Of a stretch of 64,000 nucleotides of DNA, positions 26,326-37,367 are shown in pieces. Position 1 is the stretch's first letter. Each line of letters opens with the position of its first letter. The stretch is from the NCBI GenBank assembly GCA_030650025.1, contig JAUSEN010000029.1:287-64286 (forward strand). Reading direction: 5' to 3'. The DNA is from Candidatus Magasanikiibacteriota bacterium (GTDB taxonomy: Bacteria > Patescibacteriota > Patescibacteriia > Magasanikbacterales > GWA2-37-8). The notes beneath the pieces were generated by a model, which did no database searches, was not told where the DNA came from, and worked only from the letters and a program-made list of their open reading frames with translations. Made by a program: the position numbers and the translations under genes.

Positions 26326-27475
26326 TCGTGAATTGGTAGTCATCGGCTCTAATGAATACTCGGTGCAAGGCGGGCATTGCTATTTTCGTAGTGGTTTAGA
26401 ACAGCAAATTGAGGATTTAGCCCGCCATTTTCGTAAAGCCTATCACTATTCACCCCAGAGCCATCTTACGTTTTTTGGTTTTGAATTTAGTAGCCAGGTA
26501 GTTGTCCGGCCTTTTGCTATCAGACACCATGAGAGTCGGCGCGAGCTTTGGCATCGCCGCCGTGAATATTGGCAGAGCGTGCGCTCCATATACGCCGCTC
26601 ACCCCGGCGCTTTATTTTTAGTTTTTATTCCCGATTCATACATCGGCCTTATCGCCGCGATCTATTTAAAACTACATCACGCCACCTTTTTTGTGCGGAT
26701 TACTGCCAACCAGATAGAAGAATTAAAGGTTCGCGGGCATCGGTTAGTGCGTAAAATATTGTATCTATTGCTCAAATGGCCGTATTACTTTTTTATGCGC
26801 TGGCTCTTTAAAGGAGTGGTGCAAATCTATACCGGGAGAAAGGTGTATTATACAAATAATTTTGCGTACTCAATCGTTTCGTCCAATATTATTGAGAGCG
26901 ATATTCAGGTGCGCCCGCCGCTATTTGCCACTGCCAAAAATTTGCAGTATGTGGGGCGATTTGATACACTAAAAGGTCTTGAATATTTTTTTGCCGCCAT
27001 ACCTTTAGTAAAATCTAAAATCAGCGTACGGATTGTCGGTTTTGGCGAACCAGCCGACGTTGCTAAGGTTAAGCGTCGCGTGGCGTCGTTATCAGCCTAT
27101 TATGACATTACCTTTGTGGGGCAAGTTCCTTATGGCCCTAAACTTTTTGCCGAATATGATCAAGCCGATATTGTGGTAATGCCTTCTTTGTATGAAACGC
27201 AGGGCAAGGCGCATCTCGAAGCGATGGCCCGCGGCGTCGCGGTGGTCGCTACCAACATTCCAGCCATTAGCGCGATTATTGTTAACGGTATCAACGGATT
27301 ATTAGTGCCACCACGTTCCAGAGAGGCAATCGCAGAAGCGATTGATATCCTGATTGCGGATAATAATTTGCGAACCAAGCTCGTTACTAATGCCTACCAA
27401 ACAATCCGCGGGCTTACTATGCAGAAGTCAACTAACGCTATTATTAACGCTCTTAATGATCATCAACTAATATGA
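26312..27475 (+). CDS. Glycosyltransferase family 4
   Basis: VGRFDTLKG and PSLYETQGKAHLEAMARG. Confidence 0.9.
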   Translation: MRVFDRELVVIGSNEYSVQGGHCYFRSGLEQQIEDLARHFRKAYHYSPQSHLTFFGFEFSSQVVVRPFAIRHHESRRELWHRRREYWQSVRSIYAAHPGALFLVFIPDSYIGLIAAIYLKLHHATFFVRITANQIEELKVRGHRLVRKILYLLLKWPYYFFMRWLFKGVVQIYTGRKVYYTNNFAYSIVSSNIIESDIQVRPPLFATAKNLQYVGRFDTLKGLEYFFAAIPLVKSKISVRIVGFGEPADVAKVKRRVASLSAYYDITFVGQVPYGPKLFAEYDQADIVVMPSLYETQGKAHLEAMARGVAVVATNIPAISAIIVNGINGLLVPPRSREAIAEAIDILIADNNLRTKLVTNAYQTIRGLTMQKSTNAIINALNDHQLI

Positions 27476-28569
27476 TTCCTGTTGCCAAACCAACGTTATC
27501 CGGTCAAGAAAAAAATAATGTTCTTCAGGCTCTCGATAGCGGTTGGATTTCATCAACTGGAGAATTTGTTTCTGCTTTCGAGGCAGGCCTCGCTCGCTAC
27601 CTCGGTACGGCGCAGGTTGCCACCACATCCAACGGCACAACCGCTCTGCATCTGGCGCTCTTGGCTCTTGGTGTTGGGCCATGTGATGAAGTGATAGTCC
27701 CGGCCTGTTCTTTCATCGCGACGTTAAACGCCGTGCTGTATACTGGCGCAGAGCCGGTATTTGTTGATATTGAACTCGATACGTGGGGGCTTGATCCCGA
27801 ACAGGTTCGCTCCAAAATTACTAAACGCACCAAAGCCATTCTGGCCGTACATTTATATGGGTTTCCGTGCAGAATTACCGAATTAAACGCGTTGGCCAAA
27901 GAACACGGCCTGTTTTTGGTTGAAGATAATGCCGAAGCATTTGGTGCCAGTGTCAACGGAAAAAAATTAGGCACTATCGGCGATATCGGCACGTATAGTT
28001 TTTTTGGTAATAAAATAATTACAACGGGCGAAGGCGGAGCGGTTAGCAGTGATAATGCCACCTTCATGGATCGCGTACGCTTATACAAAAATCAAGGTCG
28101 CAAAACTAACAAAATCTTTCAGCATGAGGTTTTGGGGTATAACTATCGGATGACAAACCTTCAAGCCGCCATAGGCCTCGCCCAATTAGCTCAAGCGGAC
28201 GATTTTATTGCCGCTCGCCGGCACATCGAGTCTCTGTATGATGCTAGGCTTGCCGGGTTGATTTACCAACCAAAAGACATGCCCGGGGCCGAACACGTTA
28301 ATTGGCTTTACACCCGAATGTTTAATCATAAAGAATTAGACATTACCGCCCTAGGGGGTTTTTTAGAGCAAAATGGTATTGACACGAGACGAGTTTTTTC
28401 TTCAATGAGTAGCGTCGCATACTTAGGCCCAGAATATCAAAGGCTTAATTTCCCCAACACTAACCGGCTTCACAACCTGGGGTTGACCCTGCCAACGTAT
28501 GTTGGCTTAACAGACGCTGAAATTACGCAAGTAACCGACGCGGTCAATACATTTATTCGTGGACTATGA
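27472..28569 (+). CDS. DegT-family aminotransferase, GDP-perosamine synthase-like
   Basis: SGWISSTG, SFFGNKIITTGEGG and GYNYRMTNLQAAIG; gmd is nearby. Confidence 0.88.
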   Translation: MIPVAKPTLSGQEKNNVLQALDSGWISSTGEFVSAFEAGLARYLGTAQVATTSNGTTALHLALLALGVGPCDEVIVPACSFIATLNAVLYTGAEPVFVDIELDTWGLDPEQVRSKITKRTKAILAVHLYGFPCRITELNALAKEHGLFLVEDNAEAFGASVNGKKLGTIGDIGTYSFFGNKIITTGEGGAVSSDNATFMDRVRLYKNQGRKTNKIFQHEVLGYNYRMTNLQAAIGLAQLAQADDFIAARRHIESLYDARLAGLIYQPKDMPGAEHVNWLYTRMFNHKELDITALGGFLEQNGIDTRRVFSSMSSVAYLGPEYQRLNFPNTNRLHNLGLTLPTYVGLTDAEITQVTDAVNTFIRGL

Positions 28570-29765
28570 AACGTACCATTTTAGCTTTTTGTCCAATATT
28601 TTACCCGCACATGGGAGGCGCCGAGCGCACGGTGTTTGAGCTATTTAGCCGTTTAATAAAACGTCATGGCTACACGGTGCATTTGGTTACTATTAATACG
28701 GAAAACGCCCCCGCGTATGAATTTTTGAGCGGTATTCATGTGTATCGAATTGGTAAAAGTTATTCCAATAAAGTAATAAAATTTTTGATGTTTCAATGGT
28801 TTTTTGCCAAACTTTATTTTGGTAAGCTGTACCGCACTAAGTTTGATATTTTTAATGTGCATTACGCCTTTCCCTTATCAATTTTCTCCATTCTGTTTGC
28901 TTTGTTTTCAAAAAAATTATTGGTGGTAACAGAGTATCATTTTGGGCTAGGATCAGAAATGAAGGTAACCATTGACAATCCCGCCGATTACTACCAGCAC
29001 CACCCCAAATACATTAATTATGTATCGGGGTTGGTGTATAAACTAGCCGATTTTATTTTGACTATTTCTGAAGATAATAAAAAATTTATTCAAAGATATA
29101 TTGGCTCCGCCAACAAAGTCGTCGTCATTAAACAGGGTACGGATCAAGTTTTTTTTGCGCCGAGTTTTTTTAGCCCCGTTGCCAAAGCCAAGCTGGCTCG
29201 CGGGCACCAGTTTGTCTGCGTAACCACCTCGCGTATTAGCCCCCGAAAAAATTTACTCGATATGGTGGCGGTCATAGGGTATTTGCGTGGGCAAAATTGT
29301 GATGTTATTTTGCTTATCAACGGAACGCCAGATCGTAATGACCAGAGCTATTTCACTGAGCTGAAAAACAGCGTGGCGACCGCGGGTCTTACTGAATATA
29401 TTATTTTTAATAACTTTGTGACTGATGAAGAGTTGCGTGTTATCTACGCGTGCGCTGATTTATTTTTTTTAACCTCCAAGAGTGAAGGCTTTGGCATCGT
29501 TAATGTTGAAGCCCTCGCTTCAGGCACTCCGGTAATTACCTACGACACGGGGGCGGCTAAAGATTTTATTGTAAACGGCTCCAATGGCTATATTACTCAA
29601 AATAATCCTCAATCTTTTGCCGAGATTGCGCGCCAAGTTTTGACCGACGCTAACCTTCTCAAACAAATGCGCCACAATGCTCGCGCCTGTGTTGAGCGCG
29701 AGCTTAATTGGGACCATTACGCGGACAGAACCCACGATTACCTCGCCCAATTGTCTCACCGATAA
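28566..29765 (+). CDS. Glycosyltransferase family 4
   Basis: YPHMGGAE and SEGFGIVNVEALASG. Confidence 0.92.
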   Translation: MKRTILAFCPIFYPHMGGAERTVFELFSRLIKRHGYTVHLVTINTENAPAYEFLSGIHVYRIGKSYSNKVIKFLMFQWFFAKLYFGKLYRTKFDIFNVHYAFPLSIFSILFALFSKKLLVVTEYHFGLGSEMKVTIDNPADYYQHHPKYINYVSGLVYKLADFILTISEDNKKFIQRYIGSANKVVVIKQGTDQVFFAPSFFSPVAKAKLARGHQFVCVTTSRISPRKNLLDMVAVIGYLRGQNCDVILLINGTPDRNDQSYFTELKNSVATAGLTEYIIFNNFVTDEELRVIYACADLFFLTSKSEGFGIVNVEALASGTPVITYDTGAAKDFIVNGSNGYITQNNPQSFAEIARQVLTDANLLKQMRHNARACVERELNWDHYADRTHDYLAQLSHR

Positions 29766-29772
29766 AAATTCT

Positions 29773-30807
29773 ATGCCTTCGCCATTAACCGTTAATCCAG
29801 AGATTATCAAAGATATTTTTGGCGCTCGCCAGGTCGTTATCGAAGACAGTCAGGTAGTAGTGGATGGCCGGCGCTATCCGGTAATTGACGGAGTAATTAT
29901 CGCCCTGCCTCCCGAAAAATACACGGTTGCGGTAAAACAAAAATTGCGACTGGGTGCTATTGCCAAAACTCGGCGGTCAGAATTATTTGCCGAAGATATT
30001 CAGTATTCTTTTGGTCACGAATGGCAATCGTATCAAGAACCCCTGCCTGAATATGCCAAAGAATTTAAGGCTTACTTTGATCTGGTCCCCCTTGAGCGTC
30101 TTAAGACCAAAAAAGTATGTGATCTAGGTTGCGGGAGCGGCCGCTGGAGCGCTTTTTTGAAAGGCAAGTGTCGCGCGCTTATACTCGTGGATTTTTCTGA
30201 TGCGATTTTTATCGCGCGCCATAACCTGGGGTCAGACGAGAACATTCTATATGTGATGGCCGATATCCTGGATTTGCCATTTCGGCCAGGCGCTTTTGAT
30301 TTTCTTTTCAGTATCGGTGTCTTGCATCATCTTCCCTCTGATTGTTTGCAGGCCGTCAGGCGTCTCAAAAACTTTGCCGCGGAACTTCTTATTTATTTAT
30401 ACTATGCCCTAGACAATCGGCCATGGTATTTTCGCAGGTTGCTGTCTTTGGTAACTTTCTGGCGTCAGCGCCTCAGTAAAATTCGTAGTGAAAATTTTAG
30501 AAATGCTTTTTCTTTTCTTGGAGCGATCATCTTTTATTATCCTTGTATTGGCCTGGGGCGTGTTTTGCAAATTTGGCGCCTCGGCGACCGCGTGCCGCTC
30601 TATAAATTTTATCACCACAAATCACTCACCAGAATTCGTCAGGATGTTTATGATAGATTCTTTACCAGCATTGAACAGCGCGTTTCCAGAAATCAAATTA
30701 TGAGCTTGCGCGATACTTTTGCCGAGGTAATTATTTCCGAACAAGAACCATACTGGCACTTTGTATGTAGCAGTCTCCCCACGGCCACTTCGCCGCCTAG
30801 CTTTTAA
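29773..30807 (+). CDS. Class I SAM-dependent methyltransferase
   Basis: DLGCGSGR and SIGVLHHL; probable ATG at 29773. Confidence 0.88.
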   Translation: MPSPLTVNPEIIKDIFGARQVVIEDSQVVVDGRRYPVIDGVIIALPPEKYTVAVKQKLRLGAIAKTRRSELFAEDIQYSFGHEWQSYQEPLPEYAKEFKAYFDLVPLERLKTKKVCDLGCGSGRWSAFLKGKCRALILVDFSDAIFIARHNLGSDENILYVMADILDLPFRPGAFDFLFSIGVLHHLPSDCLQAVRRLKNFAAELLIYLYYALDNRPWYFRRLLSLVTFWRQRLSKIRSENFRNAFSFLGAIIFYYPCIGLGRVLQIWRLGDRVPLYKFYHHKSLTRIRQDVYDRFFTSIEQRVSRNQIMSLRDTFAEVIISEQEPYWHFVCSSLPTATSPPSF

Positions 30808-30817
30808 ATAATTTGGT

Positions 30818-31963
30818 ATGGGTTCGGGAAAAATATTACTATGTGTAAACTCCGATATTGGGCGTAGCAATACCATTGGTTTTCGTTTTGGAAAAATTGC
30901 CATCGAACTGATACGCCAAGGTATCCCGGTTGATATTATCGCGCGCGCCAACTATACTTCCTCCCTAAAAGTGAGGCAACCTTGGCTAGGGAATAAATTA
31001 GCGCGAGTTTTAAACGCCATCCGTATCTATATTTTTCCTAAGTTTGATTCGCGCCGCTCGGATGTATATTTTTTTGAAAGGTTTGTGTTGCGAGCGCTTC
31101 AAAAAACGGGCGCGAAATATTCCGTGGCGCATCTCGGTGAATTTATGCCGACCGTTACTCGGTATCTTAAAAATCAGGGAGCGCGCGTTCTGCTTGATAT
31201 GCCCATTGGCCATGACTCGTACAGCGTGGCGCTAAAAAGACAGGGTATAACTGTCGGCGTCGATGTGCGCCCCGCCCCAGCTTATTTGGACGCGGCTTTG
31301 GCAGCTGCCGATGAGGTAATTGTGCCGTCAGAATTTGTGGCGAGCACTTTGGTAAGCGTCGGGCTTGGAGCTGTTCCAATGAAGCGCATACCATTTGGAG
31401 TGGCGCGCCCCACAAATTTTACGGTCACGGATATCATATCCCGTCTTAAACAAAAACCCATGATTTTTTTATTCGCGGGCAATGCCAATTATCGCAAGGG
31501 GCTTGGCTATCTGCTCGAAGCCTGGCGTCGGGCCAATCTAACAGACGCAAAATTAATCATCTGTGGGCGGGTCTATAAAGAAATCCAAGGGGATATTAAA
31601 AAATATCAATCAGCTACCATACAGTTTACCGGTTTTGTTTCCAATATCAATGATTATTTAAAATCTGCCCACGCATTTGTTTTTCCTACTTTGCTCGAGG
31701 GTTCCGCTAAGATTGTTTATGAAGCCATGAGTTATGGGTTGCCGGTAATTACCACGGCCAATGCCGGTTCCCTAATTGAGGACAATGTCGATGGTTATAT
31801 TATTCCCCTAGCCGACCCCGTAACACTCGCGGATAAATTACGTTTTTTATATGAACATAAAGACGTGGTGGCGGTCTTAGGTGCGCGTGCCTTTGCCAAA
31901 GTGCAAGCTTATACCTGGGAACGGTATGCTAAAGCTGTTATTGCCGAGTATCAAATAAACTAA
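30818..31963 (+). CDS. Glycosyltransferase family 4
   Basis: RKG and FPTLLEGSAKIVYEAMSYGLPVI. Confidence 0.92.
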   Translation: MGSGKILLCVNSDIGRSNTIGFRFGKIAIELIRQGIPVDIIARANYTSSLKVRQPWLGNKLARVLNAIRIYIFPKFDSRRSDVYFFERFVLRALQKTGAKYSVAHLGEFMPTVTRYLKNQGARVLLDMPIGHDSYSVALKRQGITVGVDVRPAPAYLDAALAAADEVIVPSEFVASTLVSVGLGAVPMKRIPFGVARPTNFTVTDIISRLKQKPMIFLFAGNANYRKGLGYLLEAWRRANLTDAKLIICGRVYKEIQGDIKKYQSATIQFTGFVSNINDYLKSAHAFVFPTLLEGSAKIVYEAMSYGLPVITTANAGSLIEDNVDGYIIPLADPVTLADKLRFLYEHKDVVAVLGARAFAKVQAYTWERYAKAVIAEYQIN

Positions 31964-31977
31964 TTATATTTTATAGT

Positions 31978-32496
31978 ATGCGTTTAGCCCCCTACACGCT
32001 CCGAGAAAAAATAATTGTTAAAATTTCTCAGCACATTATGCCGACGTTAACGCTGTTTTTATGGTCCCATCGGCTCAATACGTTGGTATGGAGGCTCCTT
32101 GGAGCAAACGTCGGTAGAAAAAGTACTATTCGACTCGGCACCATTATTAACGCGCCATTTGCAATCAAAATTGGCAATGGCTCCCATATTCATGGAAATT
32201 TTTTATCGCGCGGAGGAGTTACAATTGGCAATCGGGTGTACATTTGTAACGCCACCATTAGTACTCAAGCGCAAGACTTGCGCTCGCCACAGTTTGAACC
32301 GATTTTTCAGCCCGTAGTTTTTGAGGATCATGCTTGGGTATCTCTTAATAGTACGGTGTTACAGGGAGTGACAGTCAAAGAAGGTGGCATCGTAGCGGCG
32401 GGAGCCGTTGTTACTAATGATGTCGCTCCTTGGACAGTCGTTGGCGGCGTGCCCGCCAAGCCCATCGGCGAACGCGCCCGTTTAATTCGTAATTAA
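31978..32496 (+). CDS. Hexapeptide-repeat acyltransferase
   Basis: Left-handed beta-helix repeats; AAGAVVTNDV...VGGVPAK. Confidence 0.9.
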   Translation: MRLAPYTLREKIIVKISQHIMPTLTLFLWSHRLNTLVWRLLGANVGRKSTIRLGTIINAPFAIKIGNGSHIHGNFLSRGGVTIGNRVYICNATISTQAQDLRSPQFEPIFQPVVFEDHAWVSLNSTVLQGVTVKEGGIVAAGAVVTNDVAPWTVVGGVPAKPIGERARLIRN

Positions 32497-32505
32497 TTTT
32501 AGTTT

Positions 32506-33585
32506 GTGCGCCTCGCTTATATTACCACCGCCACCATGTCCTTGCATGACGCGCAATCTTTGCAGATAAGCGCCATGGCTCAGGCTTTTTCCCAATTATT
32601 ATATAATGATTTTATTTTTATTTCTCCCCGTTCGGTACGGAACACCACGGAAAAAGTCGGGTATCGTTGGATCCAATTGCGAACGATAATGCAGCCAAGA
32701 ATTATTCGTTACCTGTTTGTCATACTCCGTTCGCGTAAAGTTTCGGCTGCCTTTAAACCGGATTGTATTTATACGCGAGATATCGGTGTTGCCGCGTGGT
32801 ATCACTTGGCTGGTTTTAGAGTGTGTTATGAAATGCACAAACCTTTTGTTACCCTGGCAGGCCAAGCGTTATTTCGATTATTCGCGAGCAAAATTAAAAT
32901 CATTTTTATTTCTCGGGCCTTAAAAGATATGGTAACTGATCGGTATGCGTTATTAGATAAAAATCTGTATGTTGCTCATGATGGCGTTTGGACCAATGAT
33001 TTTAAGGGCACGATCAAAAATCGAGAACAAATTAAACAAAATTTATTTGGCGTTAAGAATGGCGTATCTGTTATCATGTACTCTGGCACGTTTCAACCAG
33101 GGAAGGGGCTGGATGTTATCTTATTATTGGCTGATTATTTTGCCAAAAATAATGCCCCCATTATTTTTGCGTGTCTTGGCGGAGAACGACCCCGAAGTTG
33201 TATACTTAAAAATATTTTGTTTATTCCCCGTGTGCCGCAACCTCAAGTGGTTAGTTATCTCAAGGTTGCTGATATTTTACTGCTTCCGAACACTACAGAA
33301 CTCTCATATTTTAATTATACTTCGCCGCTCAAATTGTTTGAATATATGGCCAGCGGCACGCCGTTTGTCGTTTCGCGATCGCAGTCAATTACCGAGATCG
33401 CCAACGAGAAAAACGCCTGGTTGTTTGACCCGGGGGATGTTGGCCAATGTATAGCGCAAATTAAAAACGTGTTGAGCAATCCAGTCGCCGCTAAACAACG
33501 AGCCGAGCAAGCGCTGGGTGATGTAGCGCGCTACGATTGGCAAAATCGTTGTCAAAATATTGTTCAATTTTTAGAAATCTGTTAG
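32506..33585 (+). CDS. Glycosyltransferase family 4
   Basis: GKG and SPLKLFEYMASG; GTG start. Confidence 0.9.
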   Translation: MRLAYITTATMSLHDAQSLQISAMAQAFSQLLYNDFIFISPRSVRNTTEKVGYRWIQLRTIMQPRIIRYLFVILRSRKVSAAFKPDCIYTRDIGVAAWYHLAGFRVCYEMHKPFVTLAGQALFRLFASKIKIIFISRALKDMVTDRYALLDKNLYVAHDGVWTNDFKGTIKNREQIKQNLFGVKNGVSVIMYSGTFQPGKGLDVILLLADYFAKNNAPIIFACLGGERPRSCILKNILFIPRVPQPQVVSYLKVADILLLPNTTELSYFNYTSPLKLFEYMASGTPFVVSRSQSITEIANEKNAWLFDPGDVGQCIAQIKNVLSNPVAAKQRAEQALGDVARYDWQNRCQNIVQFLEIC

Positions 33586-33612
33586 TAAGATTATAGTAGA
33601 AATATAGAATTT

Positions 33613-34545
33613 ATGATTACCAAAAAGGCTCTTATTACCGGCATTGACGGTTTTGTCGGACCCTATTTAAAAGCCGAGCTTGCCAATAACGGGTATGATG
33701 TCTTTGGTTTGTCTCTGGCTCAAGCAGACGCTAGTAATCAGATTTTCAAATGCGATATTTCCGATCGCGCGGCAGTTGCGGAAATAATAAAAGCTCATAA
33801 ATTTGACTATATTTTTCATCTGGCCGGGTTTAGCTCGCCCCAAGAGGCCGAGCGCCACCCGGAATTAGTTTTTGAGGTTAATGTCAATGGCACAATCAAT
33901 TTATTAGATGCCTTAGTTGAATTTTCTCCTACCACTAAAATTTTAATTGTAAGTTCATCGTATGCGTATGGCCATCCCAAGTATTTACCCATTAACGAAC
34001 AGCATCCCCTCGCTGGCACGGGCGCGTATGCGGCCAGCCGCATAGCGCAAGAAAAAGCCGCCTTAACCTATACCGATCGCTTGGCGCTTATTATCACTCG
34101 TAGTTTTAACCATACCGGCCCCGGGCAAATGGCCACTGTTATTATTCCCAAAATTATCCAAAGCGTGGTGGCTATCAAGCAAGGGAAGCAAAAATCTTTG
34201 CTTATGGGTAACAGCCATATCCGGCGCGACATTACCGATGTTCGCGACGTGGTCCGTGCCTACCGGCTCCTTATGGAGCAACGCCAGCGCGGCTTAGTTT
34301 GTAATGTTTGCCGCGGTGAGTCGATTAGCTTGCAAGAAGTGATAGATTATATTAAAATTAAGTCCCGGATTAGCTTCCCGGTCGAGATAGCGCCAGAATT
34401 GCTACGTAAAAATGAACCTCTCAATATCTACGGCGACACTAGTTTACTCAAGTCCTTGATAGTTTGGAATAATTTAATCAGCTATCCGGCTATGCTTGAT
34501 GATATTTACGATTATTATTTACAGTTCAATAACACTTTTCTCTAA
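33613..34545 (+). CDS. rmd: GDP-4-keto-6-deoxy-D-mannose reductase-like SDR
   Basis: [21 protein letters not shown] and [13 protein letters not shown]; adjacent to gmd. The catalytic motif reads YAASR instead of YxxxK. Confidence 0.7.
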   Translation: MITKKALITGIDGFVGPYLKAELANNGYDVFGLSLAQADASNQIFKCDISDRAAVAEIIKAHKFDYIFHLAGFSSPQEAERHPELVFEVNVNGTINLLDALVEFSPTTKILIVSSSYAYGHPKYLPINEQHPLAGTGAYAASRIAQEKAALTYTDRLALIITRSFNHTGPGQMATVIIPKIIQSVVAIKQGKQKSLLMGNSHIRRDITDVRDVVRAYRLLMEQRQRGLVCNVCRGESISLQEVIDYIKIKSRISFPVEIAPELLRKNEPLNIYGDTSLLKSLIVWNNLISYPAMLDDIYDYYLQFNNTFL

Positions 34546-34546
34546 T

Positions 34547-35530
34547 ATGAAAAAAGCTCTTATTACCGGCATCAGCGGCCAGGACGGTTCGTATTTAACG
34601 GAGTTTTTGCTAAAAAAAGGTTATGAAGTGCACGGCATCGTGCGGCGGAGCAGTACCGTGGTTCGTAGCCGGCTGGATTTTATCTCTCCAGAGGTTAATC
34701 GCCAGAATTTATTTTTGCATTATGGCGATCTCTCGGACGGTTCCTCGCTATTCAAATTAGTAAATCGTATTAAGCCGGACGAGGTCTATAATTTGGGGGC
34801 GCAAAGCCATGTCCGGATTAGCTTTGATATTCCACTTTATACGGCTGATGTCGATGGTTTAGGCACTCTGCGCCTGCTCGATGCCATTCGCGATTCACAC
34901 AGCCAGGCCAAATTTTATCAGGCCTCATCGAGCGAAATGTTTGGGCTAGTTCAAACCACTCCCCAAAACGAAAGTACGCCCTTTCATCCCCGCAGTCCCT
35001 ATGCTTGTGCCAAGGTATTCGCGCACTACCAAACTATAAATTACCGTGAAAGCCACGGTCTGTTTGCTTGTTGCGGCATTCTTTTTAACCACGAATCACC
35101 GCGTCGCGGCGAAAACTTTGTGACCAGAAAAATTTGTAAAGGCGTCGCCGAGATTAAAAGTGGTAAACGCCAAAAGATTACCCTCGGCAATCTAGACGCC
35201 CGGCGCGATTGGGGATATGCGCCCGAATATGTTGAGGCCATGTGGCTTATGCTCCAGCAACAGACGGCGGATGATTATGTTATCGCGACTGGCGAAACCC
35301 ATTCGGTAAAAGAATTTGTCGAAGCGGCCTTTGCTTATGTGGGACTCAATTGGCAAGAGCACGTGGAGTTTGACCAAAAGTATACTCGCCCCGCCGAAGT
35401 GGATTTATTACAGGGCGATTATTCTAAAGCCAAACAAAAACTGGGTTGGGAACCAAAAGTCAAATTTAAAGATTTGCTCGCGATCATGATGGAGGCGGAG
35501 CTCACAGGAGAGCCTGTCTCGAGGCTATGA
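34547..35530 (+). CDS. gmd: GDP-mannose 4,6-dehydratase
   Basis: [36 protein letters not shown] and RDWG. Confidence 0.97.
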   Translation: MKKALITGISGQDGSYLTEFLLKKGYEVHGIVRRSSTVVRSRLDFISPEVNRQNLFLHYGDLSDGSSLFKLVNRIKPDEVYNLGAQSHVRISFDIPLYTADVDGLGTLRLLDAIRDSHSQAKFYQASSSEMFGLVQTTPQNESTPFHPRSPYACAKVFAHYQTINYRESHGLFACCGILFNHESPRRGENFVTRKICKGVAEIKSGKRQKITLGNLDARRDWGYAPEYVEAMWLMLQQQTADDYVIATGETHSVKEFVEAAFAYVGLNWQEHVEFDQKYTRPAEVDLLQGDYSKAKQKLGWEPKVKFKDLLAIMMEAELTGEPVSRL

Positions 35531-36630
35531 AAGTTTTATATTTTGTTCACCATCTGTTTGGCAAAGACGGTTGGAGTGTTAACGCCCTTAATACTATTGA
35601 GCCCATGGTATCCATGGGTAGGCAGTGCGTAGCAATAGTTAACGAAGTTAACCCCGCCATACCAGTAGTACAGATCGCAATTTTACGCAAGCCCCTGCGG
35701 TATTTGCGATATCCTTTTTTAATTTTTTTAGATCTTTTTAAAATTTTAAAGATAATAAAAAAAGAAAAACCCGATGTCATTCATTTTTTAGTTGAGCCAT
35801 ACGCATTTTTTTCTTATTTTATAAAACTTTTTTTCAATTGCAAACAGGTTCTTACTGTTTGCGGCACTTACGCGGTTTTGCCATATAACCAATTACGAAC
35901 AAAATTATTAAGCATATTATATTACCGCTCCATCGATTTTATTATTTCTATAAGCGGATATACCGCGAGCCGATTACTTAAAATTTTGCCAAAACTTAAA
36001 GATAAAGTCATTGTCATTCCCGCTGGTATTAATTGGGCTGATCTTAAGTCCGCCGCCGCGGCCACCAAACAGACGCCCCAGACAGCCATATCGATAGTTT
36101 TTACCGGTCAAATTAAAGAGCGCAAGGGAGTGCTCGAGGCTCTTCAGGCTCTTAGCCTTTACAAAAATACCTACCATAGTAATTTTATTTTTTCTATTAT
36201 CGGGCAATACGACCGCCATCAAAAATATTGGCAGGAACTAAACGCCTACATCACTGCCAACGGCCTAACAAATAATGTGGAATTTTGCGGGTTACTCCCG
36301 GAAAGTCAGAAGAATGAAAAATTAAAAAATGCCGATCTATTCATAATGCTTTCGCGGGTGGATGGCGACCATTTCGAAGGTTATGGGTTGGTATACCTCG
36401 AGGCTAATGCTTTTGGTGTGCCGGTGATTGGCCCGAATGATAGTGGTACTACTCAACCTATTAAAGATGGTTATTCCGGGTATGTCGTGACCCCGTCGGA
36501 TCCCCGGCAAGTTGTCGAAAAAATTGATTTGATTCTTAATAAACACAGCATCAACGCCCAAAATTGTTTACTCTGGGCAGAGGCTCACGATCGTCGCAAA
36601 ATTTCCCAACAAATTTTTGCACTTTACTAG
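35527..36630 (+). CDS. Glycosyltransferase family 4
   Basis: ERKG and [16 protein letters not shown]. Confidence 0.9.
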   Translation: MKVLYFVHHLFGKDGWSVNALNTIEPMVSMGRQCVAIVNEVNPAIPVVQIAILRKPLRYLRYPFLIFLDLFKILKIIKKEKPDVIHFLVEPYAFFSYFIKLFFNCKQVLTVCGTYAVLPYNQLRTKLLSILYYRSIDFIISISGYTASRLLKILPKLKDKVIVIPAGINWADLKSAAAATKQTPQTAISIVFTGQIKERKGVLEALQALSLYKNTYHSNFIFSIIGQYDRHQKYWQELNAYITANGLTNNVEFCGLLPESQKNEKLKNADLFIMLSRVDGDHFEGYGLVYLEANAFGVPVIGPNDSGTTQPIKDGYSGYVVTPSDPRQVVEKIDLILNKHSINAQNCLLWAEAHDRRKISQQIFALY

Positions 36631-36665
36631 TAGCTAATTATTATAATAAGCAAGCGTTTGGCATC

Positions 36666-36694
36666 TTGCATAGTTTCAAGAAAACCTATATAGT
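36666..36694 (+). promoter_or_regulatory. Possible internal promoter for the HAD-DAHPS-KdsB module
   Basis: TTGCAT, 17 bp spacer, TATAGT, in an 88-bp intergenic gap. Confidence 0.45.
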
Positions 36695-36718
36695 ATTCTT
36701 GTTTTTAAGCCATAAATT

Positions 36719-37366
36719 ATGCCCCTGCAATGGATTTTATTAGATATTGATAATTGCCTGTATAATGGGCTAAATCCAGACGGAAGTTTTACGGAATACA
36801 AACAAAGTATGCGCAACGCTGATGAGGCTTGGGCCGTGATATTAACGAAAGATTTGGCGGGATTGCGTAGTTACCGGCAAAAACGCGCCGAAGAAGTGGG
36901 TATGGATAAGTCACTTTTAGAATTTCTTTTTATCAAGACAGGGAAAGAGTATGGCATCGACCAATTGGCTACTCATCGCAATGGCCCGAACGGCTATAAA
37001 CCTGAGCAGTTCTTAAAGTCCGATCCTGAATTAGTCGCTTGTTTAGGCAATTTGCAAAACGCGGGTTATAAAATTGCGGCGCTCACCGACAATCCAGCCG
37101 GCAAAAGAGTGCTTACAGTGCTTGGACTTTTGCCCAAAATTATTAAAGAAGAGTTTGTCTTTGATAGCACCAGAATGGGCATGCTAAAAAATAAGGAATT
37201 TTATAAAAATGTTTTAGAAATATTGGCCGCTCAAGCTAATGAAGCAATTATGTTCGGCGATTCTCTTTCTTCTGACATTATTCCGGCCGAAGCCGTTGGC
37301 ATTAAGGGTCAATATGCCAAAAATCGTGATGAATTAATGCAACATTTGTGCGCCTTGCTGAAATAA
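36719..37366 (+). CDS. HAD-superfamily phosphatase
   Basis: Motif I LLDIDNCL, motif II ALTD and motif IV FGDSLSSDI. Confidence 0.88.
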   Translation: MPLQWILLDIDNCLYNGLNPDGSFTEYKQSMRNADEAWAVILTKDLAGLRSYRQKRAEEVGMDKSLLEFLFIKTGKEYGIDQLATHRNGPNGYKPEQFLKSDPELVACLGNLQNAGYKIAALTDNPAGKRVLTVLGLLPKIIKEEFVFDSTRMGMLKNKEFYKNVLEILAAQANEAIMFGDSLSSDIIPAEAVGIKGQYAKNRDELMQHLCALLK

Positions 37367-37367
37367 T

